64,000 nt of DNA from an uncultured Candidatus Binatia bacterium. GTDB lineage: Bacteria; Desulfobacterota; Binatia; UBA9968; JAJDTQ01. The notes beneath the pieces were generated by a model. It did not search any database, had not been told where the DNA came from, and saw only the letters and a program-made list of their open reading frames with translations. Positions within the stretch are counted from its first letter, which is position 1; the number at the start of each line of letters is the position of its first letter. Location: NCBI GenBank assembly GCA_965213675.1, contig OZ243916.1:1920001-1984000 (forward strand), read 5' to 3'. Both the position numbers and the translations under genes were made by a program. Positions 1 to 9,284 of the stretch are shown here, piece after piece.

Positions 1-341
1 GCGCAGGCCGTACGAATGGCGGTGATGTAAACGCCATCCATCAACACTTCGATGTTGCCGGTCTCGGCGCTGTAAAGCGAGATGCTGGCCAGGATCGGCG
101 GCAGTCCCTGTTTCGGGTTGTCGCGGAAGTAGGAGATGATCTTGATCCCCAGCGCCCTCGCCTCGCTCATGTACGCCGGCATGCTCGTGATGCGTCCCTG
201 AATCTCGGGCAACGGCACCACCAAGCGCACGGGCATCACCACCCGGCCCGCCGAGAACTGAACGTGCGCCTGTTCCAGCGCGCCGATCAACTCGTCAAGG
301 TCGAGCAACTCCTCTACCTGCTTCTTCGAAATCACCAGCAT
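1..341 (-). CDS. Ornithine cyclodeaminase/mu-crystallin family protein (5' part; runs off window start)
   Basis: Manual translation (not in ORF track): MLVISKKQVEELLDLDELIGALEQAH...MPAYMSEARALGIKIISYFRDNPKQGLP...LMDGVYITAIRTA, typical OCD N-terminus. Confidence 0.85.
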   Translation of the reverse strand, partial: MLVISKKQVEELLDLDELIGALEQAHVQFSAGRVVMPVRLVVPLPEIQGRITSMPAYMSEARALGIKIISYFRDNPKQGLPPILASISLYSAETGNIEVLMDGVYITAIRTAC

Positions 342-377
342 GATGTTGTCCTGTGTCAACGATGCCCGCGTCAACGA

Positions 378-432
378 CAGGGTGATCCCACGCTGACCGA
401 GCGTCCGCGTCGAGGGCCGGATGGGGTTCGTT
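378..432 (+). repeat. Dispersed ~55-bp repeat, copy 1 (second copy inverted at 19476-19529)
   Basis: CAGGGTGATCCCACGCTGACCGAGCGTCCGCGTCGAGGGCCGGATGGGGTTCGTT aligns to the reverse complement of 19476-19529. Confidence 0.75.
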
Positions 433-521
433 CCTGTACCAGGAGCTTGCGCCGCAATTTTGCGCCGCAATTACCGGGACCGAACGACTGTGACCGAATG
501 ATTGTGACTGAACGATCTCCC

Positions 522-549
522 GTAGCGGCGACCGGCCGGTCGCCGCTAC
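522..549. repeat. GTAG-type REP-like palindrome
   Basis: Perfect 28-bp palindrome GTAGCGGCGACCGG|CCGGTCGCCGCTAC; relatives at 8365, 20658, 49626, degenerate at 12723. Confidence 0.8.
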
Positions 550-735
550 CCTGGATCGGATCCGACAGGCTCCTGGAAATGGACATAACCGGCCGTGCCG
601 TCGAATGCAACAATGCGCCGATGTCGTCCAGTGCCGGGGGAGATCGAGAGACTCCCGGAAAGACGGCGAGCGTTTCCCTTGTGCCGCCGCTGGTGTATTC
701 TGACGCCGTGCCCAGTCCGACCTCGAGGAGACGAC

Positions 736-1764
736 ATGAAACAGGAACGGATCACCGATTCCATCGACCAGCTCAACCGGGACATGGCCGGGAAGAGTCT
801 CGAAGGCCATTGGAGCCTGGGATTGGAGGACCTGCCGCCCTACCCCGTCACTCAGGTGCAGCCATACCTTTGGCGCTGGGAGGACGTGCACGAAAGCATG
901 ATTCGGGCCGGGGACGTGGTGAACCTGGACGACGCGGAGCGCCGCACCATCAGGCTCCTCAACCCGGGCATCCCCGGCGGCCATGGGACCACCCACACCA
1001 TTCACTTTTCGTTCCAGTACGTGAAACACGGCGAGTACGCACGCACGCACCGTCACACCGCCGCAGCCTTCCGCTTCGTGCTGCAAGGCCGGGACGCCTA
1101 CACCACGGTCAACGGCCAGAAGTGCGTGATGGAAGAAGGCGACCTGATCCTGACGCCCCAACTCACGTGGCATGACCACGTCAACGACTCCGGCGCGCCC
1201 ATCATCTGGCTCGATGGACTCGACATTCCGCTCACGCAGGCGCTGCACCAACTCTATTTCGAGCCCTACCATCAGGAACAACAGAGCGCCGAGGCCACCA
1301 GCGAGGAAACCGCGGGTTTCTACGGCCACGCGCGCCCCGCCATGAAGCCGCCACGGCAGTTCTTCCATTACAAGTGGGCCGACACCGCCCGCAGCCTCGA
1401 ACGGCTCCGGCACAACAAGGCCGGCCGGGACCCCTACGACGGCTACCTGCTGGAGTTCCTGAACCCCGTCACCGGCGGCCCCACCATGCCCACGGTCCAG
1501 TGCGCCGTTCAACTCCTGGAACCCGGTCATGAAACCCTGCCCCACCGCCATACGAGCACCGTGATCTACCACGCCTACCGCGGCCAGGGCACGACCATCA
1601 TTGGCGGCCAGGTCTTCGAATGGCGCCAAGGCGATTCCTTCGTCGTGCCGTTATGGAACCAGCACGCCCACGCCAACACGTCCGCCGACAGCGACGCCAT
1701 CCTGCTGTCCATGAGCGACGCCCCGGTGGTGAAGGCCCTGGACTTGTACCAGGAGGCGAACTGA
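736..1764 (+). CDS. Gentisate 1,2-dioxygenase-family bicupin
   Basis: GAGGAG RBS before ATG 736; motifs ERRTIRLLNPG, HRHTAAAFRF, WHDH, WLDGLDIP, second cupin HRHTS. Confidence 0.85.
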   Translation: MKQERITDSIDQLNRDMAGKSLEGHWSLGLEDLPPYPVTQVQPYLWRWEDVHESMIRAGDVVNLDDAERRTIRLLNPGIPGGHGTTHTIHFSFQYVKHGEYARTHRHTAAAFRFVLQGRDAYTTVNGQKCVMEEGDLILTPQLTWHDHVNDSGAPIIWLDGLDIPLTQALHQLYFEPYHQEQQSAEATSEETAGFYGHARPAMKPPRQFFHYKWADTARSLERLRHNKAGRDPYDGYLLEFLNPVTGGPTMPTVQCAVQLLEPGHETLPHRHTSTVIYHAYRGQGTTIIGGQVFEWRQGDSFVVPLWNQHAHANTSADSDAILLSMSDAPVVKALDLYQEAN

Positions 1765-1859
1765 AACGTCCGGGGGCCGCTCTTTCATCGAAACGTACGC
1801 GACGGAGCGGCTCCCAGATCTGCCGGACTTCCGCCCAATCCCTCGCAGGATGTGCACCG

Positions 1860-1961
1860 AATCATCGGTTTATAATACGCCAAATCCCCGGTTGTAATTC
1901 CGCCAAACCACCGGTTGATAATACGCCAAATCACCGGTTATACTTCCGCTGAATCACCGGT
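1860..1961. repeat. 23-bp tandem repeat array (4.5 units, degenerate units back to ~1814)
   Basis: Units AATCATCGGTTTATAATACGCCA / AATCCCCGGTTGTAATTCCGCCA / AACCACCGGTTGATAATACGCCA / AATCACCGGTTATACTTCCGCTG / AATCACCGGT. Confidence 0.9.
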
Positions 1962-2026
1962 CACGCGACTCGCGGCAGACACGGGCAAGGTGTTCCCGTG
2001 AACCGTCCACTGGCCGGGCTCGAACC

Positions 2027-3283
2027 ATGGCCTACATCCCGCGTATCGTTGACGCCGAACTGGCGGAACTGTTGAACGCCACCGGGGCCGTCCTGGTGGA
2101 GGGTCCCAAGGCTTCAGGCAAGACCGCCACCGCCATGCAGGCGTCGCAGAGCCAGGTATTGCTGGACATCGACATCAACGCGCGGCGCATGGCCGGCGCC
2201 GACCCCACGGCCCTCCTGGATGGCGCGGCGCCGCGACTGATCGATGAATGGCAACTGGAACCCGCCATCTGGAACCATGTCCGCAGGGAAGTGGACCGGC
2301 GCGCCGCACCCGGCCAGTTCATCCTCACGGGCTCCGCCGTTCCCGCCGACGACATCACCCGCCACACCGGCGCCGGCCGCTTCACCCGGCTGCGCATGCG
2401 CCCGCTGTCGTTGTACGAGATGGGACGTTCCACCGGGAACATCTCGCTTGAAGCTCTTATGGGCGGCAATCCGCAACGAGCGCCCCAAACCGGTTTGCCG
2501 GTCCGAGGCGTCGCCGAGTTGCTGTGCGCCGGGGGCTGGCCGGGCAACATCGGCAAGACGCTGCCGCAGACGATGCGCGCAAACCGCGGCTACCTCGACG
2601 AAGTCCGGCGCACCGACATATCGAGAGTCACCGGCAAGGCCCGCGACCCCGACAAGGTCGGCCGTCTTCTGCGTTCGCTCGCGCGCAACGTCGCCACGCC
2701 CGTGGCCATGTCGAGGCTGGCCGCGGACGTGGGCGACGACGGCCGGCCCCTGCGCGCCGACACGGTCGCCGAGTATCTCGACGCCCTCCACCGGCTCATG
2801 ATCCTGGAGAACCTACCGGCGTGGTCACCGCGCCTTCGCTCGCGCACGACGCTCCGGGGCACGCCGATCAGACACTTTGTGGATCCGTCTCTGGCCGTCG
2901 CGGCCTTGCGGGCCACGCCAGCGCGTCTGATGGCCGACCTTGAGTTTCTCGGTCTCCTTTTCGAGTCCATGGTCATCCGCGACCTCCGCGTATACGCGCA
3001 GGCGGTGGACGCACGGGTGTCCCACTACCGGGAGAAGGAAGGTCTGGAGGTGGACGCGGTGGTGGAGACGGCGGACGGACGGTGGGCGGCGTTCGAGGTC
3101 AAGCTGGGCGAACGATGGGTCGAAGACGGCGCCAGGAACCTCCGCAAACTCGCCCAGCGCATGGAGCACAGCGACCATGACAGGCCGTCGGCGCTCGCGG
3201 TCATCGTACCGAACGGATACGGGTACGCGGGTTACGACGGCCACGATGTAGGGGTGATCCCCATCGGCGCACTCGGGCCGTGA
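2027..3283 (+). CDS. AAA-family ATPase with DUF4143 C-terminal domain
   Basis: YIPRIVD start, Walker A GPKASGKT, Walker B LIDEWQ, FILTGS, GRF..LRMRPLSL, C-terminal EVDAVVE...FEVK nuclease-like motif. Confidence 0.85.
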   Translation: MAYIPRIVDAELAELLNATGAVLVEGPKASGKTATAMQASQSQVLLDIDINARRMAGADPTALLDGAAPRLIDEWQLEPAIWNHVRREVDRRAAPGQFILTGSAVPADDITRHTGAGRFTRLRMRPLSLYEMGRSTGNISLEALMGGNPQRAPQTGLPVRGVAELLCAGGWPGNIGKTLPQTMRANRGYLDEVRRTDISRVTGKARDPDKVGRLLRSLARNVATPVAMSRLAADVGDDGRPLRADTVAEYLDALHRLMILENLPAWSPRLRSRTTLRGTPIRHFVDPSLAVAALRATPARLMADLEFLGLLFESMVIRDLRVYAQAVDARVSHYREKEGLEVDAVVETADGRWAAFEVKLGERWVEDGARNLRKLAQRMEHSDHDRPSALAVIVPNGYGYAGYDGHDVGVIPIGALGP

Positions 3284-3398
3284 GCCGCCCGCGCGGTCTC
3301 GAAGCCTTGGCGCTTGGCTCAGCGCCGGATTGAAACGAATTTGACGATACACACATGTTCCCGCTATGTTCGCGGAACTCTGAAAAGGGGGCATTCGA

Positions 3399-4571
3399 AT
3401 GCGCAAGACAATCAGAATGATCGTAACGTCGCTCACTGCGGCGCTCTTGATCGGCATACCGGCCACGCTGGCGGCCCAGGTAAAGATCGGCATGATCACC
3501 ACGCTGTCCGGCGGCGGAAGCGCCCTCGGCGTGGACGTACGCGACGGTTTCAAGCTGGCCGTGGACCAAGGAGGCGGCAAGCTCGGCGGCACGGCGGTGG
3601 AGCTGCTGGTGGAGGACGACGCGCGCAAGTCGGGCAAGGCGCTGCAGGTGGCCAACCGCTTCATGAAGCGCGACAAGGTCGACGTCATGACCGGTATCAT
3701 CTGGTCCAACCTCGCCATCGCGGTGGTGCCCAAGGTGGTGGAGGCCGGAATCTTCTACATCAGCCCCAACGCCGGGCCGTCGCTTCTGGCGGGCGAGAAA
3801 TGCCATCCCAACTACTTCAACGTGGCATGGCAGAACGATAACCTGCACGAGGCCATGGGCCAATACGTGGCACGGAAAGGCTTCAAGAACGCCTACATCC
3901 TGGCGCCCAACTACCCCGCGGGTAAGGACGCCCTGCGCGGCTTCAAGCGCTTCTACAAGGGCAAGCTGGCCGGCGAGGTCTACACCAAGCTGGGTCAGAC
4001 GGACTACGCCGCGGAGATTGCGGCGTTGCGTGCGGCCAACCCGGACGCGGTGTTCTTCTTCCTGCCCGGCGGCATGGGCATCAGCTTCATCAAGCAATAC
4101 CATCAGGCGGGGCTGACCGGGAAGACTCCGCTGTTCGGTCCGGCGTTCTCCTTCGATCAGACCATCCTCGGGGCGGTGGGCGACGCCGCGCTGGGCGTGA
4201 TCAACTCGTCCCAGTGGAACAAGGATATCGACAACGCCGCCAACAGGGCCTTCGTGGCCGGTTTCCAAAAAGCCCACAACCGGCTCCCGTCGCTGTACGC
4301 CAGCCAGGGCTATGACGCGGCGCAACTGATCGGCGCGGCGCTCGAGAGCACCGGCGGCAAGGTCGACGACAAGGACGCCTTTCGCGCGGCCCTGCGCACG
4401 GCCGACTTTCAGTCGGTGCGCGGAAATTTCCGGTTCGGGCCCAATCACCATCCGGTGCAGGACATCCACGTCCGCGAGGTGGTGCGCGAAGGGGGGGTGC
4501 TGACCAACAAGACCGTCGGCAAGGCTTTCTCGGACCACGCGGACGCCTACGCCGGCCAGTGCAAGATGTAG
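3399..4571 (+). CDS. LIV/HAAT-type ABC transporter substrate-binding protein (possibly aromatic acids)
   Basis: Signal peptide, VKIGMITTLSG, VEDD, ISPNAGPS, PNYPAGKD. Confidence 0.88.
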   Translation: MRKTIRMIVTSLTAALLIGIPATLAAQVKIGMITTLSGGGSALGVDVRDGFKLAVDQGGGKLGGTAVELLVEDDARKSGKALQVANRFMKRDKVDVMTGIIWSNLAIAVVPKVVEAGIFYISPNAGPSLLAGEKCHPNYFNVAWQNDNLHEAMGQYVARKGFKNAYILAPNYPAGKDALRGFKRFYKGKLAGEVYTKLGQTDYAAEIAALRAANPDAVFFFLPGGMGISFIKQYHQAGLTGKTPLFGPAFSFDQTILGAVGDAALGVINSSQWNKDIDNAANRAFVAGFQKAHNRLPSLYASQGYDAAQLIGAALESTGGKVDDKDAFRAALRTADFQSVRGNFRFGPNHHPVQDIHVREVVREGGVLTNKTVGKAFSDHADAYAGQCKM

Positions 4572-4722
4572 CGGCCCGCCATCGGCCCGGTGTCCCAGCT
4601 CCGACTGCCAGCCGGGACACCGGCAGTCCATACACCGCCCCCGCCTGTGGTTCCGGGCTTGAATCGGAACTTTCCGGGTCAAGCCCGGAATCCCGGCGGG
4701 AGGCCAGCCAGTCTCGCGACCC

Positions 4723-5652
4723 ATGCCCATCCTTCTCGTCCTCGAGCAGGTGCTGAACGGCCTCCAGTTCGGGGTCATGCTCTTCCTCATGGCCTCCGGG
4801 CTGACCCTGGTGTTCGGCATCATGGGGATGATCAACCTGGCCCACGGTTCGCTATACATGGTTGGCGCGTACGTGTGCGCCACCGTGTACCAACTCACCG
4901 GGTCCTTTCTGCTGGCCCTGATGGTCACGTTGTGCGCCTCGGCGGCGGTGGGCATGGCGGTGGAGCGGGTGGCGCTGCGTACACTCTACAGACGCGACCA
5001 CCTGGACCAAGTCCTCGCCACCTTTGGACTGATCCTCTTCTTCAACGAGTTGACCAAGATCATCTGGGGCCCGCGCGCGCTGTTTCTTGACGTTCCCGCG
5101 GCACTCTCGGGGTCGGTGCAGATCATTCCCGGCGTGGACTACCCACTGTACCGGCTGGCCATCATCGTCGTGGGGGGACTGGTGGCCTTCTCGCTGTACT
5201 GGCTCATCGTGCGCACGCGCATGGGCATGATGATCCGCGCCAGCGCCAGCAACCAGGAGATCATTGGCGCGCTGGGCGTCAACGTGCCCCTCCTGTACAC
5301 GCTGGTGTTCGGGCTCGGCGCGCTCCTGGCCGGACTCGCCGGGGCCATGGCCGGCCCGGTATGGGCCGTGGAGGTCGGCATGGGCGAGAACATCCTCATC
5401 CTGACCTTCGTCGTGATTGTCATCGGCGGCATCGGCTCCGTGCGCGGCGCGCTCGTCGGTTCCATTCTGGTGGGGTTCATCGACATCATGGGCCGGGCCT
5501 TCCTGCCGGCCTCCCTGCGGCTCGTTTTCGATCCCGCCACCGCCAACGGCGTCGGCGCGTCCCTGTCCTCCATGTCCATCTACATCTTCATGGCCGCCAT
5601 CCTGGTATGGCGGCCCCGCGGCCTGCTGCCGGTGTATGGCGGTTACCGGTGA
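4723..5652 (+). CDS. LivH-type ABC permease
   Basis: QVLNGLQFG, GLTLVFGIMGMINLAHG, VIGGIGSVRGA. Confidence 0.9.
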   Translation: MPILLVLEQVLNGLQFGVMLFLMASGLTLVFGIMGMINLAHGSLYMVGAYVCATVYQLTGSFLLALMVTLCASAAVGMAVERVALRTLYRRDHLDQVLATFGLILFFNELTKIIWGPRALFLDVPAALSGSVQIIPGVDYPLYRLAIIVVGGLVAFSLYWLIVRTRMGMMIRASASNQEIIGALGVNVPLLYTLVFGLGALLAGLAGAMAGPVWAVEVGMGENILILTFVVIVIGGIGSVRGALVGSILVGFIDIMGRAFLPASLRLVFDPATANGVGASLSSMSIYIFMAAILVWRPRGLLPVYGGYR

Positions 5653-5773
5653 TGCGCGGCGCGCACATCGCTTCAGGACTCCCTTCACTTGGGAAGCCAA
5701 GCCAAGGATGCCCGCGGTTCGGCGGCCACCGCGAAGACTTCCGAACCCCGGCTTGGGAGCGCCGGCCTTTCTC

Positions 5774-6823
5774 ATGCAGGATTCACTCGAAACGGCCACG
5801 CATTCCCGTTCGGTAGCCGCGGGTGGAACTGGCGGCTACCGGCGTTGGACGAAAGCCGCGCTCGCCAGCCTCATCGCCGCCGCGCTGCTCGTACTGCCGC
5901 CCGTGGCGGAGTCGCTGGACGAGTCCTTCCTCATCGGATTGGTGACCCGCATCCTGATCTTTGCCCTGGCGGCGGCAAGCCTGGACCTTATCCTGGGTTT
6001 CGGCGGCATGGTCAGCTTCGGCCACTCCGCCTACTTCGGCGCCGGCGCCTACGTGGTCGCCATCCTGTCCTTCCATGGAACCGGCGGCGCGGGCCCGGCG
6101 TGGCCATTTACCCTCCCGTGGTTCGAGAACACCCTGGTGGTCTGGCCGTTGGCTACAGCGACCGCCGCGCTGCTGGCCCTTTTCATCGGCGCCGTCAGTC
6201 TGCGCACCAGCGGAATGTACTTCATCATGATCACGTTGGCGTTCGCGCAGATGCTCTACTACTTTTTCGTGTCGTTGGAGGTCTACGGCGGCGACGACGG
6301 ACTGAGCATCGCCCAGCGGAACCGACTTCCGGGCCTCGCTCTGGAAAACGAGCCCGCGTTCTACTACGTGTGCCTGCTCATCCTGGCCGCCTTCCTGTTC
6401 CTGGGCCGGCGGCTGGTGCGCTCCCGTTTCGGCATGGTGCTGCAAGGGTGCAAGGAGAACGAGGAGCGGATGTATGCCCTCGGCTTCCCCGTCTACCGCT
6501 ACAAGCTCACGGCCTTCGTCCTGGCCGGCGCCGCGGCGGGTCTCGCAGGCGCGCTCATGGCCAACTACATGGGGTTCGTGGACCCCGCGCTGATGCACTG
6601 GACCGTCTCGGGCGAGATCATGGTGATGGTCATCCTCGGCGGCATGGGCACGTTGGCCGGACCGGTCATCGGCGCCGCGGCGCTGCTCCTCATGGAGGAG
6701 GTGCTGTCGGCGTACATGGAACATTGGATGATCATTTTGGGGCCGGTGCTGGTCCTGGTGGTGCTTTTCGCCCGCCGCGGCATCTGGGGCTGGTTCGAGG
6801 AAGAGAAAAACGGCCATGACTGA
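5774..6823 (+). CDS. LivM-type ABC permease (start uncertain)
   Basis: LDLILGFGGMVSFGHSAYFG, YFIMITLAFAQM, GGDDG, ILGGMGTLAGP. Confidence 0.88.
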   Translation: MQDSLETATHSRSVAAGGTGGYRRWTKAALASLIAAALLVLPPVAESLDESFLIGLVTRILIFALAAASLDLILGFGGMVSFGHSAYFGAGAYVVAILSFHGTGGAGPAWPFTLPWFENTLVVWPLATATAALLALFIGAVSLRTSGMYFIMITLAFAQMLYYFFVSLEVYGGDDGLSIAQRNRLPGLALENEPAFYYVCLLILAAFLFLGRRLVRSRFGMVLQGCKENEERMYALGFPVYRYKLTAFVLAGAAAGLAGALMANYMGFVDPALMHWTVSGEIMVMVILGGMGTLAGPVIGAAALLLMEEVLSAYMEHWMIILGPVLVLVVLFARRGIWGWFEEEKNGHD

Positions 6824-7565
6824 ACCGCTGCTCTCCGCCCGCGCCCTCACCAAGACCTACGGGGCCATCAAGGCCACGGACTCCCTGTCCCTGGACGTGG
6901 TCCACGGCGAGATCCACGCGCTCATCGGCCCAAACGGGGCGGGCAAGACCACGGCCATCAAGCAGCTTTCCGGGGAGGTGGCGCCGGACCAGGGCGCCAT
7001 CCGCCTCGACGGACGCGACATTACCCGAAGGTCCATGCACGAGCGCGCGCGGCTGGGACTGGCGCGGTCGTTCCAGATCACGTCGGTATTCGGCGGATTC
7101 ACTGCCGAAGACAATGTCGCCATGGCGGTGCAGGCCCACGACGGCCACTCCTTCCGCTTCTGGCGTCCTGCGCGGTCGGACCCGTCATTGCGGGCTCCCG
7201 CCCGCCACGCCCTGGAGCAGGTGGGCCTGGACCCACGCGGCGGGATCCTCGCGCGCAACCTCGCTCACGGCGAGCAGCGGCAACTGGAGATCGCCATGGC
7301 GCTGGCCACCCGCCCCACGCTGCTCCTGCTGGACGAACCCATGGCCGGAATGGGTCCGGACGAAGCCCGGCGCATGGTGGAGCTGCTGAGCGAACTCAAG
7401 GGACACGTGGCCATGCTGTTGGTGGAGCACGACATGGACGCGGTGTTCACCCTGGCGGATCGTGTCACCGTGCTGGTAAGCGGATGCGAAGTAGCCACCG
7501 GCTCTCCGAACGCCATCCGCGCCAACCGGGTAGTGCGGGAGGCGTACCTGGGGGAGGACGCCTAG
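6816..7565 (+). CDS. LivG-type ABC ATPase
   Basis: GPNGAGKTT, LARSFQ, LAHGEQRQLE, LLLDEP. Confidence 0.9.
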   Translation: MTEPLLSARALTKTYGAIKATDSLSLDVVHGEIHALIGPNGAGKTTAIKQLSGEVAPDQGAIRLDGRDITRRSMHERARLGLARSFQITSVFGGFTAEDNVAMAVQAHDGHSFRFWRPARSDPSLRAPARHALEQVGLDPRGGILARNLAHGEQRQLEIAMALATRPTLLLLDEPMAGMGPDEARRMVELLSELKGHVAMLLVEHDMDAVFTLADRVTVLVSGCEVATGSPNAIRANRVVREAYLGEDA

Positions 7566-7606
7566 GACCTTGCGCCAGGAGCACGCGCGATTCCAGGAAT
7601 AACCCG

Positions 7607-8320
7607 ATGCTGGAACTCGAAGGCATCCAGACATTCTACGGCGCGAGCCAGATCCTGTTCGACGTGAGCCTGCGGGTGGACGCCGGCGAGATAGTAACCC
7701 TGATGGGCCGCAACGGCATGGGCAAGACCACCACCGTGCGCTCCATCATGGGACTGACGCCGCCGCGGGCAGGAAGGATCCGTTTTCAGGACGTCGAAAT
7801 CCAGAACAAGCCGAGCTACATGGCGGCCCGGGCCGGCATCGGTCTGGTGCCAGAGGGGCGGCAGGTCTTCCCCAACCTGACCGTGCGCGAGAACCTGGTG
7901 GTGGCGGGCGGATACGGCGCCGCTTCCCAAGGTCCCGGCGCGGACCCCTGGACCGTGGAACGCATCTACGAGATGTTCCCCGCGCTGGAGGCGCGCGGGA
8001 ACCTGTACGGCCGCGCCTTGTCGGGCGGCGAGCAGCAGATGCTCGCCATCGGCCGCGCGCTCATGACCAACGCGCGTTTGATCCTTCTGGACGAGGCCAC
8101 CGAGGGGCTGGCCCCGCTCGTTTGCGCCGACATCTGGCGCTGCCTGGACCGGCTCAAGGCCGTGGGGCAGGCCATCCTCCTCATCGACAGCAACCACGGA
8201 GCCCTGATGCGAATCGCGGACCGCCACTACATCATGGAAAAGGGGCGGATCGTCTGGACCGGCGGCTCCGCCGAACTGGCCAGCGCCGAGGACGTGCGGC
8301 ACCGCTATCTCGGGGTGTAG
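7607..8320 (+). CDS. LivF-type ABC ATPase
   Basis: GRNGMGKTT, VPEGRQVF, LSGGEQQMLAIGRAL. Confidence 0.9.
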   Translation: MLELEGIQTFYGASQILFDVSLRVDAGEIVTLMGRNGMGKTTTVRSIMGLTPPRAGRIRFQDVEIQNKPSYMAARAGIGLVPEGRQVFPNLTVRENLVVAGGYGAASQGPGADPWTVERIYEMFPALEARGNLYGRALSGGEQQMLAIGRALMTNARLILLDEATEGLAPLVCADIWRCLDRLKAVGQAILLIDSNHGALMRIADRHYIMEKGRIVWTGGSAELASAEDVRHRYLGV

Positions 8321-8364
8321 GGCAACCAACCCCAGCCCAGGAGCTTGCGCCACAGGACGTTCCC

Positions 8365-8388
8365 GTAGGGGCGACCGGCGGTCGCCCC
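8365..8388 (+). repeat. GTAG-type REP-like hairpin
   Basis: GTAGGGGCGACCGGCGGTCGCCCC, preceded by CAGGAGCTTGCGCC at 8338-8351. Confidence 0.75.
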
Positions 8389-8470
8389 CGGTTTGCGGTC
8401 ATAGGGCGCGGCCTGCTTGCGCTGGCCGCCCGGGGCCGAAACGAGGGTTGCCGTGGGCTGGGAATCTCCC

Positions 8471-8499
8471 TTGTCACCCCGATGCCGTTATAGTAGTTT
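8471..8499 (+). promoter_or_regulatory. Putative sigma70 promoter, probably leaderless transcript
   Basis: TTGTCA-17 nt-TAGTTT ending 7 nt before ATG 8507; no SD sequence. Confidence 0.55.
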
Positions 8500-8506
8500 C
8501 GGGCCA

Positions 8507-9283
8507 ATGGAACCCTACATCCGCTCCACCGGCATCACGCTGACCTTCACGCCCAAGAACCGCAATCCGGTGACGGCACTCAAGGATTTCCACATCGAGC
8601 TGAGCAGCGGCGAGTTCGTCTCCATCGTAGGGCCGTCGGGCTGCGGCAAGAGCACGTTCCTGAACGTGCTCCTGGGGCTGCTCAAGCCCGACGCCGGCGA
8701 AATGGAGATCGGCGGCAAGAAGATTACCGGGCCGGGGGTGGAGCGGGCGATGGTCTTTCAGGAGTTCGGCCTGCTGCCGTGGCGCACGGTCATGGCCAAC
8801 GTGGAGTTGGGACCGGAACTCAAGGGAGAATCGGTGGCCTCGCGCCGGCCGCGCGCCCAGGAACTCATCAACCTAGTGGGCCTCACGGGATTCGAAGGAC
8901 ACTTTCCGCACGAGCTGTCGGGCGGCATGAAACAGCGGGTGGGGCTTGCCCGGGCGCTGGCCACGGATCCCGAAGTGCTGCTCATGGACGAGCCCTTCGC
9001 CGCGCTGGACGCGCAGACCCGGGACCTCATGCAGGCGGAGTTGCTGCAGATCTGGGACAAGCACAAGAAGACCGTGCTGTTCGTCACCCACAGCATCGAG
9101 GAAGCGGCCTACCTCTCGGACCGCGTCATCGTGATGACCGCGCGGCCGGGCCGGACCAAACGGATCATCAAGATCCACCTGCCGCGGCCGCGGGACTACG
9201 AGATGCGCCTGACACCCGAGTTCAACGACATCAAGCTCGACATCTGGAACACCCTCAAGGACGAGCTGAACCCGAGGGAGTAG
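8507..9283 (+). CDS. NitT/TauT-family ABC ATPase
   Basis: GPSGCGKST, MVFQEFGLLPWRTV, PHELSGGMKQR, DEPFAALD, VTHSIEEA. Confidence 0.92.
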   Translation: MEPYIRSTGITLTFTPKNRNPVTALKDFHIELSSGEFVSIVGPSGCGKSTFLNVLLGLLKPDAGEMEIGGKKITGPGVERAMVFQEFGLLPWRTVMANVELGPELKGESVASRRPRAQELINLVGLTGFEGHFPHELSGGMKQRVGLARALATDPEVLLMDEPFAALDAQTRDLMQAELLQIWDKHKKTVLFVTHSIEEAAYLSDRVIVMTARPGRTKRIIKIHLPRPRDYEMRLTPEFNDIKLDIWNTLKDELNPRE

Positions 9284-9284
9284 C

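Noticed and set aside
1860-1961. 23-bp array as a CRISPR array
   Set aside because: Units are contiguous with no unique spacers, and no cas genes are present.
4587-4692. Two hairpins after the binding-protein gene as a riboswitch or ncRNA
   Set aside because: Position and sequence fit REP-like mRNA-stabilising stem-loops common after ABC binding-protein genes.
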